Below, one piece after another: positions 50,087 through 61,855 of a DNA stretch of 64,000 nucleotides. Within the stretch, counting starts at the first letter, position 1, and the number at the start of each line of letters is the position of its first letter. The translations under genes were made by a program, and so were the position numbers. The notes under the pieces are model-generated. The model saw only the letters and a list, made by a program, of their open reading frames with translations. It was not told the origin of the DNA and searched no databases. Source of the stretch: Tricharina praecox. Lineage: Eukaryota. Location: NCBI RefSeq assembly GCF_024521635.1, contig NW_026250404.1:186001-250000 (forward strand), read 5' to 3'.

Positions 50087-51464
50087 TTAGAGTATGCTCG
50101 TGCGGTAACCAAGTAGTACGGAGGTGACGTCTGGCTTGCGTTCGGTGGTCCCAACCTCGAGCAACAGCACGCCGCGCCGCTTTCGGTCCACTCGGTTCTG
50201 GCTCCGTGTATCGATGCTGAAAGCCGAAGAAAAAAATGTGAGCTGGGTAACGACTCCGGGAGAAGAGCCGGTAGAGGGGTAGAAGGTTGGTCGTGTGAAG
50301 GGGAGGAAGGGCTCCGTCGACCTCTCGAGCTGGATATCAATATCATGGGTGCGTGGACGCGAACGAGTTCTTATATTGACTGCTTATCGGCGTTATCGTT
50401 TCTTCGTCTCTAAGTGTCTTCCCCAGGTGCTTCGCCTCGTCTACAGCCTTGAAGAGTCTTCGTAGTACAAAGAATCTTGAGAGGAGAGGGAGGGATGCTG
50501 GAGAATTAGGTTGTGAGGACGATGGTGTTGGGAGGGCATACCGCTTTACCAGGAACCGCACTGCCACAGAGCCAGGCGGGTTCAGGGGGTTTCGCCCACG
50601 GTTGAAATCGTTCCAGTAGCTGACGGTGCCGAAAGCAAAAAATAATAATGAAGGTTGGCTATGGGAGCGCACCATGGCATGCGAGAGTCGAGACTCCCAC
50701 ACAGGTGCTCTGTGAGATCATCGGTGGTGTATTGGGATGATGATGGACAGCAAGTGGGAAATGTTCCAGGATGACCATGTTGGGACCATATCGTACTCCG
50801 CCCTCCGCCCTCCCGTTCAACTCATCCGTGAGTTGAGTGGGCCGAGACACATCCCCACGCAGACTTGCGTAAAGACGGTTTCCCGCGGCGGTCAGAGTCA
50901 TTGTCGGTGGATGTCGCGATATATTTTCTTTTCATCTTCTCCGCGAAGGGGTGGGGGAGTGGTGAACACTGAACAGCGAGCACAAAAACGAACGAACCGA
51001 TCCAACCAAAGAGCAGGCACAAGTACCTACTTGCCTAGGTATTCGCATCGACCAATCAAAGGGCGTGGGTGTCATATACGGATCGAATAGGTGACCTTCC
51101 AGCCAAGCAGATTGTTGTGGGCAGTAGGTGTGGTGCGCAAGACGACGAATGGAATATGGTGGTGTGGACTGCTGTACTCTACTCTACTGGATCTAGGCAC
51201 GATGCTTCTGGACTGGTAGCACCCACCCCAAGCCTTCCGCTCCATTCTATGTACGGTAAACATCCTAGTTGTGGATCGATCTGCCATCATATTCAATCTC
51301 GAGCGCTCACTTCCGAGAGACAGAAAAATACCAAATCTGTATTAAATAATGTATGGTACCTAATCGAATGCGTGTGGTATAATATCTACTCGAACATTCA
51401 CCCAGCGGTAAGAGGTTATGTAGAATAAACCGGGGGTAGGTATATAGGTGTGGCTATGCTGCGG

Positions 51465-51890
51465 CAGGGACCCTGTTAGGAATAACAGCCACATCAATAC
51501 TTTACAAAACATTATCATGGTAACTGTTAAAAAGTTCAATTTCAGCTTACCCATAACTGACTGTTGATAGTACTGTCCACAACGAGCTCCGTCACGAATT
51601 ACCATCATAGAAGTATTGATAGACCACATCGGTTGTTTCTAATAGTGTTGGAAAGAAAGAAAATACAGACCAGCAAATAAAACACGAGCACCGACATGAA
51701 CCTTTGCCATTGTTCTGTCCCGAAGCTCATCTGTTGATGTATGTATTTACAGTAACATTAAGCTCTTCACTCGCGAGAATGACCAACCGTGTAATATTCA
51801 AAAGCACAGATAAGCAGAAGCAGAATCAGATGGAATTATGATAAATCTTGTATCAATTTGACTGAAGTTTTGAGACGGCAGCGCGCATGT
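51465..51890 (+). repeat. Left arm of a long imperfect inverted repeat (partner about 53038-53585)
   Basis: ACAGCCACATCAATACTTT, CATCGGTTGTTTCTAATAGTG, CTTTGCCATTGTTCTG, TTCACTCGC.AGAATGACCA and AAGTTTTGAGA recur in the same order on the minus strand of 53038-53585. Confidence 0.9.
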
Positions 51891-52206
51891 GTGTCTCGGC
51901 ATTGTCCTCTCTACATATCAATTCAGTATTTTGTCGCATAACTGCAGCCTTAACGGACCAATTAGCGCTCGCTTAGCTAGTACTCTAGTAGTTACTCTGT
52001 ACATGCGAGCATGACGGTGAGCTCAGGGCGTGTGGGGTGTGGGGCTTTCTACGCGGAAAAAAACGATTGGATTGAGAAGAGAAAGGCATCGGTATGCATA
52101 CGTACGACTCAATCGAGAGGAGTATCGTGGTAGCCCCCTCCCGAGTAACTAGGCAGCTGTGCACTTCGATACGGAACCAAGGAAGTGGTTATTCGGGTGT
52201 TGGTGT

Positions 52207-53945
52207 CAGTGTGATAGGTGCATAGCCCAGACCGTCTGGCCGGGGTCAGTCCAGTCCAGTCCAGTCCAGAGGTTTTAGCAGACTGTCTGAAAGTACTCGT
52301 GGTCCTTTCGGTCTGAAACTTCTGAAGACTAGATACCAGACTGCCAGGCTTCCAGTCGACTGGATGATAAGAATACATAAAGTTCATAAAGAGCCTCAAA
52401 ATTTCTAGGTGTTTCTGTAAGTATTACAACTTTTAAATCAACTTCTAAACTTCAACTTCATCTCTGCCGCTAACCATCCTTACAAAAAACCAACCACATT
52501 CTCCCGGGCCTCTGCTGAGCCTAAACACGTGTTCGGTATCAATGCAGTGCAAAACTCACACTATCTCTCTGTCTCACCACCGATGCCGGTAAGGAGACGA
52601 CGGATGCTGTTGAAGCATTGAAATGCCTTAAGAGCCGGCAGAGAGAGGGATTGTTTCCTTCGTTGTAACGGGGATCCCTCGTTAGGAAGAAACCGAGCCA
52701 CAGCCACATCAATACTTTACAATAAAGTCTGCCTTGACAGACAAGACTCGTCCTTTCCTTGTACTCGGAATCAATCTGTTCCCACCACAATCACCACCAC
52801 CACCATCAACGACCACCACCGCCACCACCATTACGAACCACCTTGCGACCAAATCACAAAAGAAAGGGAGAATAATCAAGTTGCAAATAGGAAACATTGA
52901 TTTCCGTTACATAACCGAAGTAAATGTGTTTTCTATACTTCAGTGTAAAGATGAAAGTTCGCGATTTTTTCATACGCACGCGTCGCTGGTCACGTCGCAT
53001 TGACTTTCCTCAACTTTTGTTCTCACCGAAGCTGAACAGATGCGCGTTGCCCTCTCAAAACTTTAGTCAAATATCTACAAGCTTTATCACAATCTCATCT
53101 GCTTCTGCTTCTGCTTCTATGCGCTTTTGGATATTACAGAGCTGGTCATTCTTGCGAGTGAAAGTTTAATACCCGGTGGCCCTTCTATTCCCATAAAAAC
53201 ATAAATCGATGGGCTTCTGTGCAGAACAATGGCAAAGTTTCATTTTGGTGCTGGTGTTTCATTCGCTGGTATGTGTTTTTTCTCTTTCCAGCACTATTAG
53301 AAACAACCGATGCGGTCTACCAACACTTCTGCGGTGGTGGTGGTCACTGGTCAGTGTTGGTGTTGGTGGTGGTGTTGGTGGTGTTGGTGGTGGTGGTGGT
53401 GGTGGTGGTGGTGGTGGTGGTGGTGGTGGTGGTTCGCGACGCGGCGCGTTGCCGGCAGTCAGCAGTCAGCCAGTCACGAAGCAAGCTGAAATTGACTTTT
53501 TAATTGTTGCCAAGATAAGTTTATTGCAAAGTATTGATGTGGCTGTGGCTCGGTTTTCTGCCGGAAGAGTGATCCCTGTTACAACGGAGGAAACGATCCC
53601 CAGAGAGATGGATTGGAGAAAATGTTGCATGCTTTCTGCGAGGAGGATCTACAGCAGTAGTTGAATCTGTGGCACATAGCCCCACACACTCACTCACTCA
53701 CGGTACCGTAGACTACTCTACAGGCCGCAGTTACCTAGTGTTGACCACGTTTGCCGGCACTCCTAGAGCTTCTAGTTGCATACGTAAGTACATAGATATG
53801 TGCTGGTTTTATTACCCCCACAATCGCGGTAACTTGGGCATTCACTTGGCGGTTGACTGCCGTCCAGTCCTTTGTATGCAACACTTCTCCAAGCTGCCCC
53901 CCGTCCAGTCAAAGGGACAGATTGGACTATGTATTTAGAACACTG
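52207..53945 (+). mobile_element. Non-autonomous hAT element (about 1.74 kb) with 7/8 TSD and a transposase remnant
   Basis: Ends CAGTGTGATAGGTGCATAGCCC / GGACTATGTATTTAGAACACTG. Flanks GTTGGTGT and GTCGGTGT. (CAGTC)n subterminal repeats. 52500-52660 encodes ASAEPKHVF..SAKLTLS..DAVEALKCLKSRQREGL, with frameshifts. Confidence 0.85.
53333..53433 (+). repeat. (GGT)n microsatellite
   Basis: Long GGT run with GTT variants. Confidence 0.95.
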
Positions 53946-55247
53946 GTCGGTGTTGGTGCACTACCTCCTCACAGATGACCTAGACTTTTCTAGAAGAAAG
54001 CCACCGGCCCGCTACACACCGGTAGCTACTCTACTCATAATATTCGCTCTTGTCCTCCAGCGCTAAACGATAAATCAAGCTTCCATTTACCTACTGGAAG
54101 ATGCCGAAATCCAGGTCGTTTTTGCCGATCAATCATCAGAGTGCTGACCTATCGCTAATAAAGTTTCACCCTGCCAGCGATCAGACGAAACGAACCCGCT
54201 GGCTTCGGAAGTGGATCTGATCTCTTCGAGGCCGATAAGGCGGCAAAGCAAGGAAGTTGGGTGCGGACGGAGGTGGTGGTAGCCATTGCAGTTCGACATC
54301 TTGGGGATCACATCATCATCATTCGCAGCAATAAAGACACCACTAACCCACGCACCGTAGGGCCACATAGCAATCCCTGCAGCAGAAGTCATCAGAAACT
54401 CCAAGATGAAAGTTGCCACCCGCCCACAAAACGCGCCCAGAATAGATACCCCGCCGTCGTAGACTGTCCGACTAACCGTGGACCGTGGTGGCCGGCCACG
54501 TGTGCAGTGACTGCACACCCGCAAGACCGGTGGTGCCCGACCGACCAAGGGGTCGTCGTACAGGCATGACCTGGGTTTACAGTAGACGGAGGAGGAATCG
54601 CTGTTCCCCCGCTTGTTCAGCCGCAACCGAAGACCGCCTTGCGTGCTATATGGCGCCAACGCCTCACCCACCCTCCAAGTGCGTCCTATCGCCAACAAAA
54701 GTATCCATCTATTCCAGTCGCTCTTCTCATATCAACATACCTACAGCTCCCCCGAAAACCACGGTATCGCCACCGCCGATTGACATTGCCGCTCCAATCC
54801 CCGGCCAGAACGCAACACCTGCCACCGTGCGTAATCCTTCATGTGGCCTATGAGACTATGACTCCCCCCTCCCCCCCCCCCCCCCCCCCCCCCCCACTCC
54901 CCCCGAGCCTCGCACTCGTGGACAAGGCTCAATTCTCCCCTCCCACGGATTTGAAAACCCCGTGTCTCGCCCCTCAACCGAGTGCTGACAAGTTTACTGG
55001 TAGTATCGCCAGTAGTTGCTGCTATTCTGGCAGCCAAAGGTACTCTATACACACCTACCTGCAGAGTCTACGCTGCTCGAGCCTCGCAAAGAAAACACAG
55101 CTTACCTACCTATTACCCCTAAAGCCCCAATTGCATATCCCCAATCCCAATACCCAATGGAGTAAAAGAGTCAATACCCAATACCCAATACCCAATCGAG
55201 CCGTTCTCGCCAGCCTCCGCTCTCCAACTCAGAAGTGCGGAGCCAAT

Positions 55248-55333
55248 CACCGCACCAAACCACACCACACCGCACCAAACCACACCACACCGAACCGTAC
55301 CACACCGAACCGTACCACACCGAACCGTACCAC
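55248..55333 (+). repeat. Pentanucleotide-based tandem repeat (CACCG/AACCA; ACCGAACCGTACCAC x3)
   Basis: Directly visible tandem units. Confidence 0.9.
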
Positions 55334-56512
55334 TACCCACACGGTTCCCCCTCCCCCAAGTCCTGACCCGTGCCCACCGTTCAGTCTATTGCATATTCGT
55401 GCTCTCGCGCTCCTGAGTCGTCCAGTTCGATCCCATGGGCCCCCACCGGGCCACCGCTTCTTCGCGTCTTCAACCGCCTGGCCGTGAACCGTGGAGATGG
55501 AGATGGAGATGGGGGTGGAGATGGAGACGGCCGCGACAGCTGTGCGCATTGCGCATTGCGCACTGTGCAGTTACGGTCATCTCTAGTCATCTCTGGTCGC
55601 CAACGTGCGCCTGAAGCGGCAGCTGAATACGCGCGGAGGGGGGGATGACTCACTTGCTGTCCGCGCTGCCGGAGGGGTCGATCTGAACTCGTCGCCCTCC
55701 CTCACATCCACATCCCTCCGTCACCCACACCCAGATCTAACTCCCGTCAAGCCACGCTCATCCACACACACTTACACTCACACATAATACCCCAACCAAC
55801 CAATGTTTAATGTTGAAAGGAACCGACGTAAGCATTCCTACCACGACTACCAGTTACAGTAACACTACACAGATCGTGGCGCGCGTGTTTATGTCCTACT
55901 AGATACCTGGTAGCTACCACCCACTACGCCTGTCGGAATACCCAGTGCCTACGCAATTCCAGCGCCCACGCAGTCGTCTACTTTGTATGATATGCATCGA
56001 GGAGAAGTCTTGATTCTCCATGCCCTGTCTTGGGCAGTGGTATGGGCTATATTTATCGCCGTGATGTCCTTTTTTGTTTTTTTTTGGGGGGGGGGGGCGT
56101 CCGCCGTGGGAGTTAATGATGCGATTGCAATTGTGATAGGTGCAGCAGGTACTCGGTTGGCTTACCCGCAAGCAGCTACATAACTACCATTTATACATAC
56201 CTACCTGGTTACTCACAATTGCAATCCTTTCAATTCGCACCTGCTATGATACTCCGCCCTATAATCCTCCTCCCACTGCATGCCGCCTTGATCCTCCTCC
56301 ACTCCTACCTCCGAGTGACATGTCCCGAGTCCCGACTATGCATACATACCTGAGGATTATTATTACGTCTAAAATGTCATACCTAGTCTTCGGCACTGTA
56401 GTCCAAACATTTATGGTTTTGTTTTTCGACGTTCCAAACCCGCCACCACTCGTCCAGACGCAACTACCACTCGTCCAGAGTCCACTACCACTCGTTCACT
56501 ACCACTCACCCA

Positions 56513-57080
56513 CAGTGCACGCAACAGCCCAGCCCAATCAAAGCCAGCCTGTAGCCAGCGCGTGTAGCCCAGCCCGGGCCCGGACTGGTCTTGGCAGGCC
56601 AGCTGTAGCGAGTGAGTTCCAGTGATGCGTCTCACTGCTAGTATTGTGAAGGGTGATCCGGCACGACCATGGACCTCTTGTATCCCAATAACAACCGCAA
56701 CAGAATCATCGTCCGCAACTGCATCGCCTCCCGAAACAAAATTACCTCCCACATAACATTTAATCAGATGTCAGACGCAACTGAGAGCGCCAATCTCATA
56801 TCAAGTACATAGCAGCCCCGGTAGAGTAGTAAGCGGAAGTTGATTTCTTTCATTTACAAGCATGTACATTCAATACTCATTCTTCAGTCCTTCTAGAAAG
56901 AGAGAGGACATCAATTGATTGTCGTAGAGTTACCCTACCAACTCTAGGATCCAGCCCGCCCAGCCCAACTGATAGCCCGGGCTGGGCCGCCAGCACATCG
57001 GCTCCTGCCCGGGCTATCAGATCAGCCTACCAGCCCCAGCCCAGCCCATGGGCTTTTCGGGCTGTTACATACCTGCACTG
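56513..57080. mobile_element. hAT-type MITE (568 bp), second subfamily, 7/8 TSD
   Basis: Ends CAGTGCACGCAACAGCCC / GGGCTGTTACATACCTGCACTG. Flanks CTCACCCA and CTCGCCCA. CAGCC(C)/GGGCT subterminal repeats at both ends and an AT-rich core. Confidence 0.85.
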
Positions 57081-58252
57081 CTCGCCCACTCGTCCACTCA
57101 CCCACCGCCACTCGAGAGTCGCGCAACTTGGTTTGGGGGGGGGGCTGTTTCTTCCTGTCCTTCCTTTTTATGCCCGGATGTCATTCTCATTGTTCTTCCT
57201 TCTTTCTGTGTTTCCTTTTTTATACACGGATGGGCCGGCCGGGTGGAGAGCAATCCATGAGGAACCCACATCGAGCTCGAGGCCAGCGGTCGGAGACAGT
57301 ACGGTGGAACTGGATGTGGTACGTATACAGCCATGATCTGCTAAGGTGGAATGCTACATACGATAATGAAAAAAATAATGAAAAAAGAAAACAGTCACGG
57401 AACTTACCGGCAACCAACCTGCGCAGTCTCGACACAAAACCAAACTTGCGAGGCAGTGCAGCTCCATATTCGAAATGGAGAATAGGAGCTGAGATCAGAA
57501 GCATGAAATGGCATGGTATGTAGAGGAGGTGGGGTACGGTATTGAATATGTGGGGCTATTAGGTTAGAACTAGGTGCTTAAGTATTTACCCAGTCATCCT
57601 TCGCGGAATGATGACAGCCTACGACTTATAGGTGGGAGTCATTTAGCTATGTAGGTTTGAAGTAGGTACGAAATAGCTGGACGTGGCGAAACTTGAGCAT
57701 CAACCCCTGAGATCGTAGATGGCGTATGGAGTATGGAGTATGGAGGTCTGCGCACAGCAGTACCACGATACCGGCGGCCGGCTGTGACCTACACAAACAC
57801 ATGCATGCAGTCGAACAAACTATAGCATTGTACCTAGATCTTTTCCCGAATCTATGGCATTTTAGACGTTTACGGTTATTCGTATTACCACCCCCCATCC
57901 CCACCCCCCTCCCCCATACACACCCGATTTTTTTAGAGGTGAGGTTCCCCGCGGCAGAATCACGGGATGCGCGCCTGTCTGTCTCTCGGTTCGGGGATTC
58001 CCTGACGATTAAAAAGTGGATGCCTTAATCGGCAAGCAAGGGGTTTAGGCTTGCTAACTACCAGTGTGTATAGTAATCACTTAACCAGACAAGCCGGGTT
58101 GTTCTATCCATGACTATCGTGACTATCGTTAACTACTAGTAGGTACTCTACTCGACCTAACTATCCGATATCTACTCTACATGTATGTAACCAGCTGTAG
58201 CAGCTCTATCAAAAATTCAAAACCTCATGATAGGAAACCCAAATACACACAT

Positions 58253-59131
58253 TTATATCCGCTCCCCCTCCTGCTCCTGCACCTTCTCAGCCCCGCCCCC
58301 CTCCCGTGCCTCCCGTGCCTCCCCCGCCTTCCCCGCCCTCTCCGTCCTTACACTAACATCCCTCAACTGCGTCCCAAAGACCCAATCCAGCAACTCGAAC
58401 GTCCCATAGCCCCCTTGCACACCCTTCATATGATGCCTATCATGTCTCTCGACGAGCCCTCCCAGCCCTCCCATTGCCCGCATCACCCCCGTCCCCCCTC
58501 CCATCTTTCCCAGACTAAACCCCGAATGCAACCCTGCGCTCTCACCCGCCACAATAGCGACCCACACGCCCACCTCCCGCACACTAGCTTGCACCAGCAT
58601 GGGCGGCAGCATGACGGGCACATACCACGTGAGCACGAACTCTATCCAGTGGCAGTAGTGCGCTGCTAGCGCCACCGGCGCGGTGAATGCGTGGTGCACG
58701 CGGTGGACCCGCCGGAATAGCCAGGGCTGGTGCAACAGTAGGTGGAAAGCGTAAAAGAGCAGCTCGCACAGGGGGATGCAGAGGGCGAGGGTGAGGGCTG
58801 TGTGGATGGGGGAGCGGGGGGAGGGGGAGGGCGGGTATGGGCCGACGCCCAGGGTGGAGAACAGCAGGATGTGAACTGCCGCTTGTACGGCCAGCCCCAG
58901 CAGCTGGTTGCGCGCGACGACAAGTGCGCAGTGCGCCAGCTCCTGCGGCGTGGGCGGCGGCGCGGAAGGCTGGGTCTTGTATTGTGCGGTGAGGGCGGGG
59001 AAGAGCGCGGGGGCGAGGAGGTAGGCGGCGGAGGGCAGCCAGAAGGCAAGGAGCAGGGCTGTAGCTGTGGTGGCCAGCTCGTCGAGGAGGAGCGCGGCTG
59101 GGGCGGCGGCGGCGGGGGCGGTGGGTTTCAT
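58253..59131 (-). CDS. Fatty-acid hydroxylase / sterol desaturase superfamily protein (FAXDC2/ERG25-like)
   Basis: His boxes FYAFHLLLH, HRVHH, AAHYCHWIE, LHSG, HDRHH, then YGTFELLDWVFGT. Hydrophobic segments present. Confidence 0.9.
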   Translation of the reverse strand: MKPTAPAAAAPAALLLDELATTATALLLAFWLPSAAYLLAPALFPALTAQYKTQPSAPPPTPQELAHCALVVARNQLLGLAVQAAVHILLFSTLGVGPYPPSPSPRSPIHTALTLALCIPLCELLFYAFHLLLHQPWLFRRVHRVHHAFTAPVALAAHYCHWIEFVLTWYVPVMLPPMLVQASVREVGVWVAIVAGESAGLHSGFSLGKMGGGTGVMRAMGGLGGLVERHDRHHMKGVQGGYGTFELLDWVFGTQLRDVSVRTERAGKAGEAREAREGGGAEKVQEQEGERI

Positions 59132-59785
59132 GGTGGGTGCGGACGGCGGTGAGCGCAGGAGGGAAACGGGGGGAGGAACATGATGACGGCGGACGGGCAG
59201 GATGCGTACGGTTTTGTTTCGTCGGGTGAATCGACTGACGTCCTCGATTTCTTTGGAGGGTTGCGTGATGACATCACTCGGTCGAGGTCGGCGGGATTAG
59301 GCCGCCTGGCGCTTGGGTACGTACTTCGTATGTGCTCGATATACTAGGGATCGGCAGGACAAGACTCGTTTCGGATGGTGCCCGGTACTCCCACCCGCAC
59401 CCAATCTAATCTACATAGATGACAGACTTGCACAAGATTTCGATCGTGGCAGACACATGTCAGGCACCAACGTCGCAACTTCCGTAGTGCAGTAGGGTAC
59501 ATGGTACAATCATAAATACAAAACTCGATTCCAGCGTATGCGACTTCCATGTGTATGATATCTTACGCCGTAAAGAAAGCTGGAAAGAAAGAGAAGAAAA
59601 AAACATCATATCGTGACGCCCCTGCGAAAGAAAGAAAGACAAGAAAGACAAGAAAAGAGACTTCCATTAGTGACAGAGCTAAACGCCATGCCCTGAACGT
59701 TCCGCCCACGCGACGACGGTATGTACGAAGGTTCCCGCTCATTCCTACACCGCCAAACCTCATTCATTCACCGACCCGGCTCAGC

Positions 59786-60782
59786 TCAATCCCTCCACCG
59801 CATCATGAACTTCCGCATATCCTCATCATCGTCCTGGGGATCCGGTGCGGGGGCCGCCTATTCCGCACATGTCAGCATTCCCTCGTCCCGTCCATTCCCG
59901 TCCCGTCGCAGTCCCGAGCAGAGCAGCGCACTTACCGTATTGATAGCAGTAGTAACGACATAATCCCACGGCAGGGTAATCGTCGTCCTCACATTCGGGT
60001 CCGGTCCTCTCGTCTTATACACCGTATACGCAGAGGTCGGATACTGTCTACTAGCCTTCTTCGCGGTGATGCTCTTTGCGGGCTGTGTCTGCATGGGTGC
60101 GTACCTCGTCGCGCCCGTCTGCAGCGTATACGGGATTTTTGCCGACTCCGCCGCGTCGCCGGAGACGCTGCCGCCCGTGGCGACGGTGTCAGTGCCCGCG
60201 GGAGGGGAAGTGTCGCCCTTGTCCTGTTCTAGCTGCGCTGCGGAAGAAAACGTCCCCGTCATCTTGCTGAGTGTGAAGCGGGGGCTGTAGTTCCACGTGA
60301 ACCCGCCCGTCGTCGCGACAGTCTCCATCTTGATGAAGCTGTGGGGGTGGAAGAAGGTTAGCGAGAGTCGCAGAGCCTGGGAGCAAACATACTAGACATC
60401 GCCGTTCCCGCCCGCCGCAGCAGGAATCTGGAATTTCGTCGATACCATGGACGACGAGAACTTCGCGCCGACGGAGCCGAGGGGCGTTTCGCACATCTGT
60501 CCATCCATTGCATCAGCCACCACCACCCCCGTATCCCCAGCCTCATGTTGCTCGTTCACTCACCGGAACATTATTACTCCCCCAACACAGGTACACACTG
60601 AACGCGCCGAACTGGTCGAGCTTGGGCTCCTTCTTATCGTCGCGCCACTTCATTTCAACCGTGCTGCCACCGACCCACTTAGTCTTCGCATCTGGCGTTG
60701 TGATCTCAACGTCTGCGAGAGACGCCGGTATTTGCAGGAGGAAGGCGCCGGCGATGGCCGATAATAGTGTTGCGGTGCGCAT
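59786..60782 (-). CDS. KRE9: Cell-wall beta-1,6-glucan synthesis protein KRE9/KNH1, 4 exons
   Basis: Signal peptide; NYSPRFTLSKMTG, IPYTLQTGATRYAPMQTQP, ITAKKASRQYPTSAY; C-terminal MRKFMMRWRD. Introns 60497-60563, 60339-60392 and 59858-59935. Confidence 0.93.
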
Positions 60783-61855
60783 TGCTGGAGACGATTGTGG
60801 TTATGCGAAGGTGGAAGAAAGAGGGGGAAAAGAATACAGCTTCTGTTGGTCTGTCGGTCGGTCACGGTTGTACAGTAGAGAAAGAGCTGGAGCTCGCCGC
60901 GCCTGGCCACCCACCCACCCACCCACCCGTAACGAGATGTCAATGCCAAGTCAAGTCGGCGATGATCTGCAGGGGAAGGTTACCTAATTGGGTTCTTCGG
61001 CAGCAAAAAGCAAGTTTCGGTGCCTACCCAAAAATAACGTCCGTGCGTGAAACTTGAAAGTTCAGTTCGTCTGTGAGTAGGCACTTCACTGAGGATCACT
61101 CCGCTGAGATTCACTTCACTTCACTTTACCAACCACGTAAACACGCGTCGCAACTCAATTTCGAGTAGATATCTCTCATTACACCACCCACTCCGCCCCC
61201 CACTTCTACGAACAATGCAGCAGGTATACAACGCTTCTTTTATCTTTACCGAGATAAGTCCCTAGTGCGAAAGAGAAGTGAAAGAGAAGAAGCGAACAAG
61301 CAATAATAATAAAGCAAAGAAGAAAAAAAAAAGCCAGAAGATTAGGTAGAAAGACAAAGGACAAAGGAGAAAGCTGTAGTACCAAAATGAAGGAGATAAA
61401 AAAAAAGACCAAAGCAAGAAAAACATGCGTATAAGGTCGGCCTAAAAGCAATACAGCGAAATGAAGAAAAAGGCCGAGTCGACGAAGCGGCACGGTCCGA
61501 CAAAATGTCAAACAAATGGTAGGATTGCAACAAGATGGGCAGAAAGGGGGATAAAAAAGAACGAACGAAAACGAGCATAAACAGGGAGAAAAAGATAAAA
61601 GATAAAAGAAGGGGCCCGCATTAAAATGTGATTAAGGGGGGTGATGACGATGATGATGATGCTGATGCCGTCGCTATCTCGGTAGCCCTGTCTCTTAACT
61701 CCTTCCCGTTCCCAAAGCAAAAACGCAATCCGATCCGATAAAGCCCTACAGTTGCAACGCAAAAACAAATGCCAAATGGTATATGTCCCCAATATTCACT
61801 TCCACAAATTGATTTACCCGTGCCACCCGCAGCCCTCATCAAAACATTACTGTGC

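Noticed and set aside
8512..59131. Lipid-related genes (PLC, PX/LEC1-like, FAO1, desaturase) as a functional cluster
   Set aside because: They are spread over 50 kb among unrelated genes, with no evidence of co-regulation.
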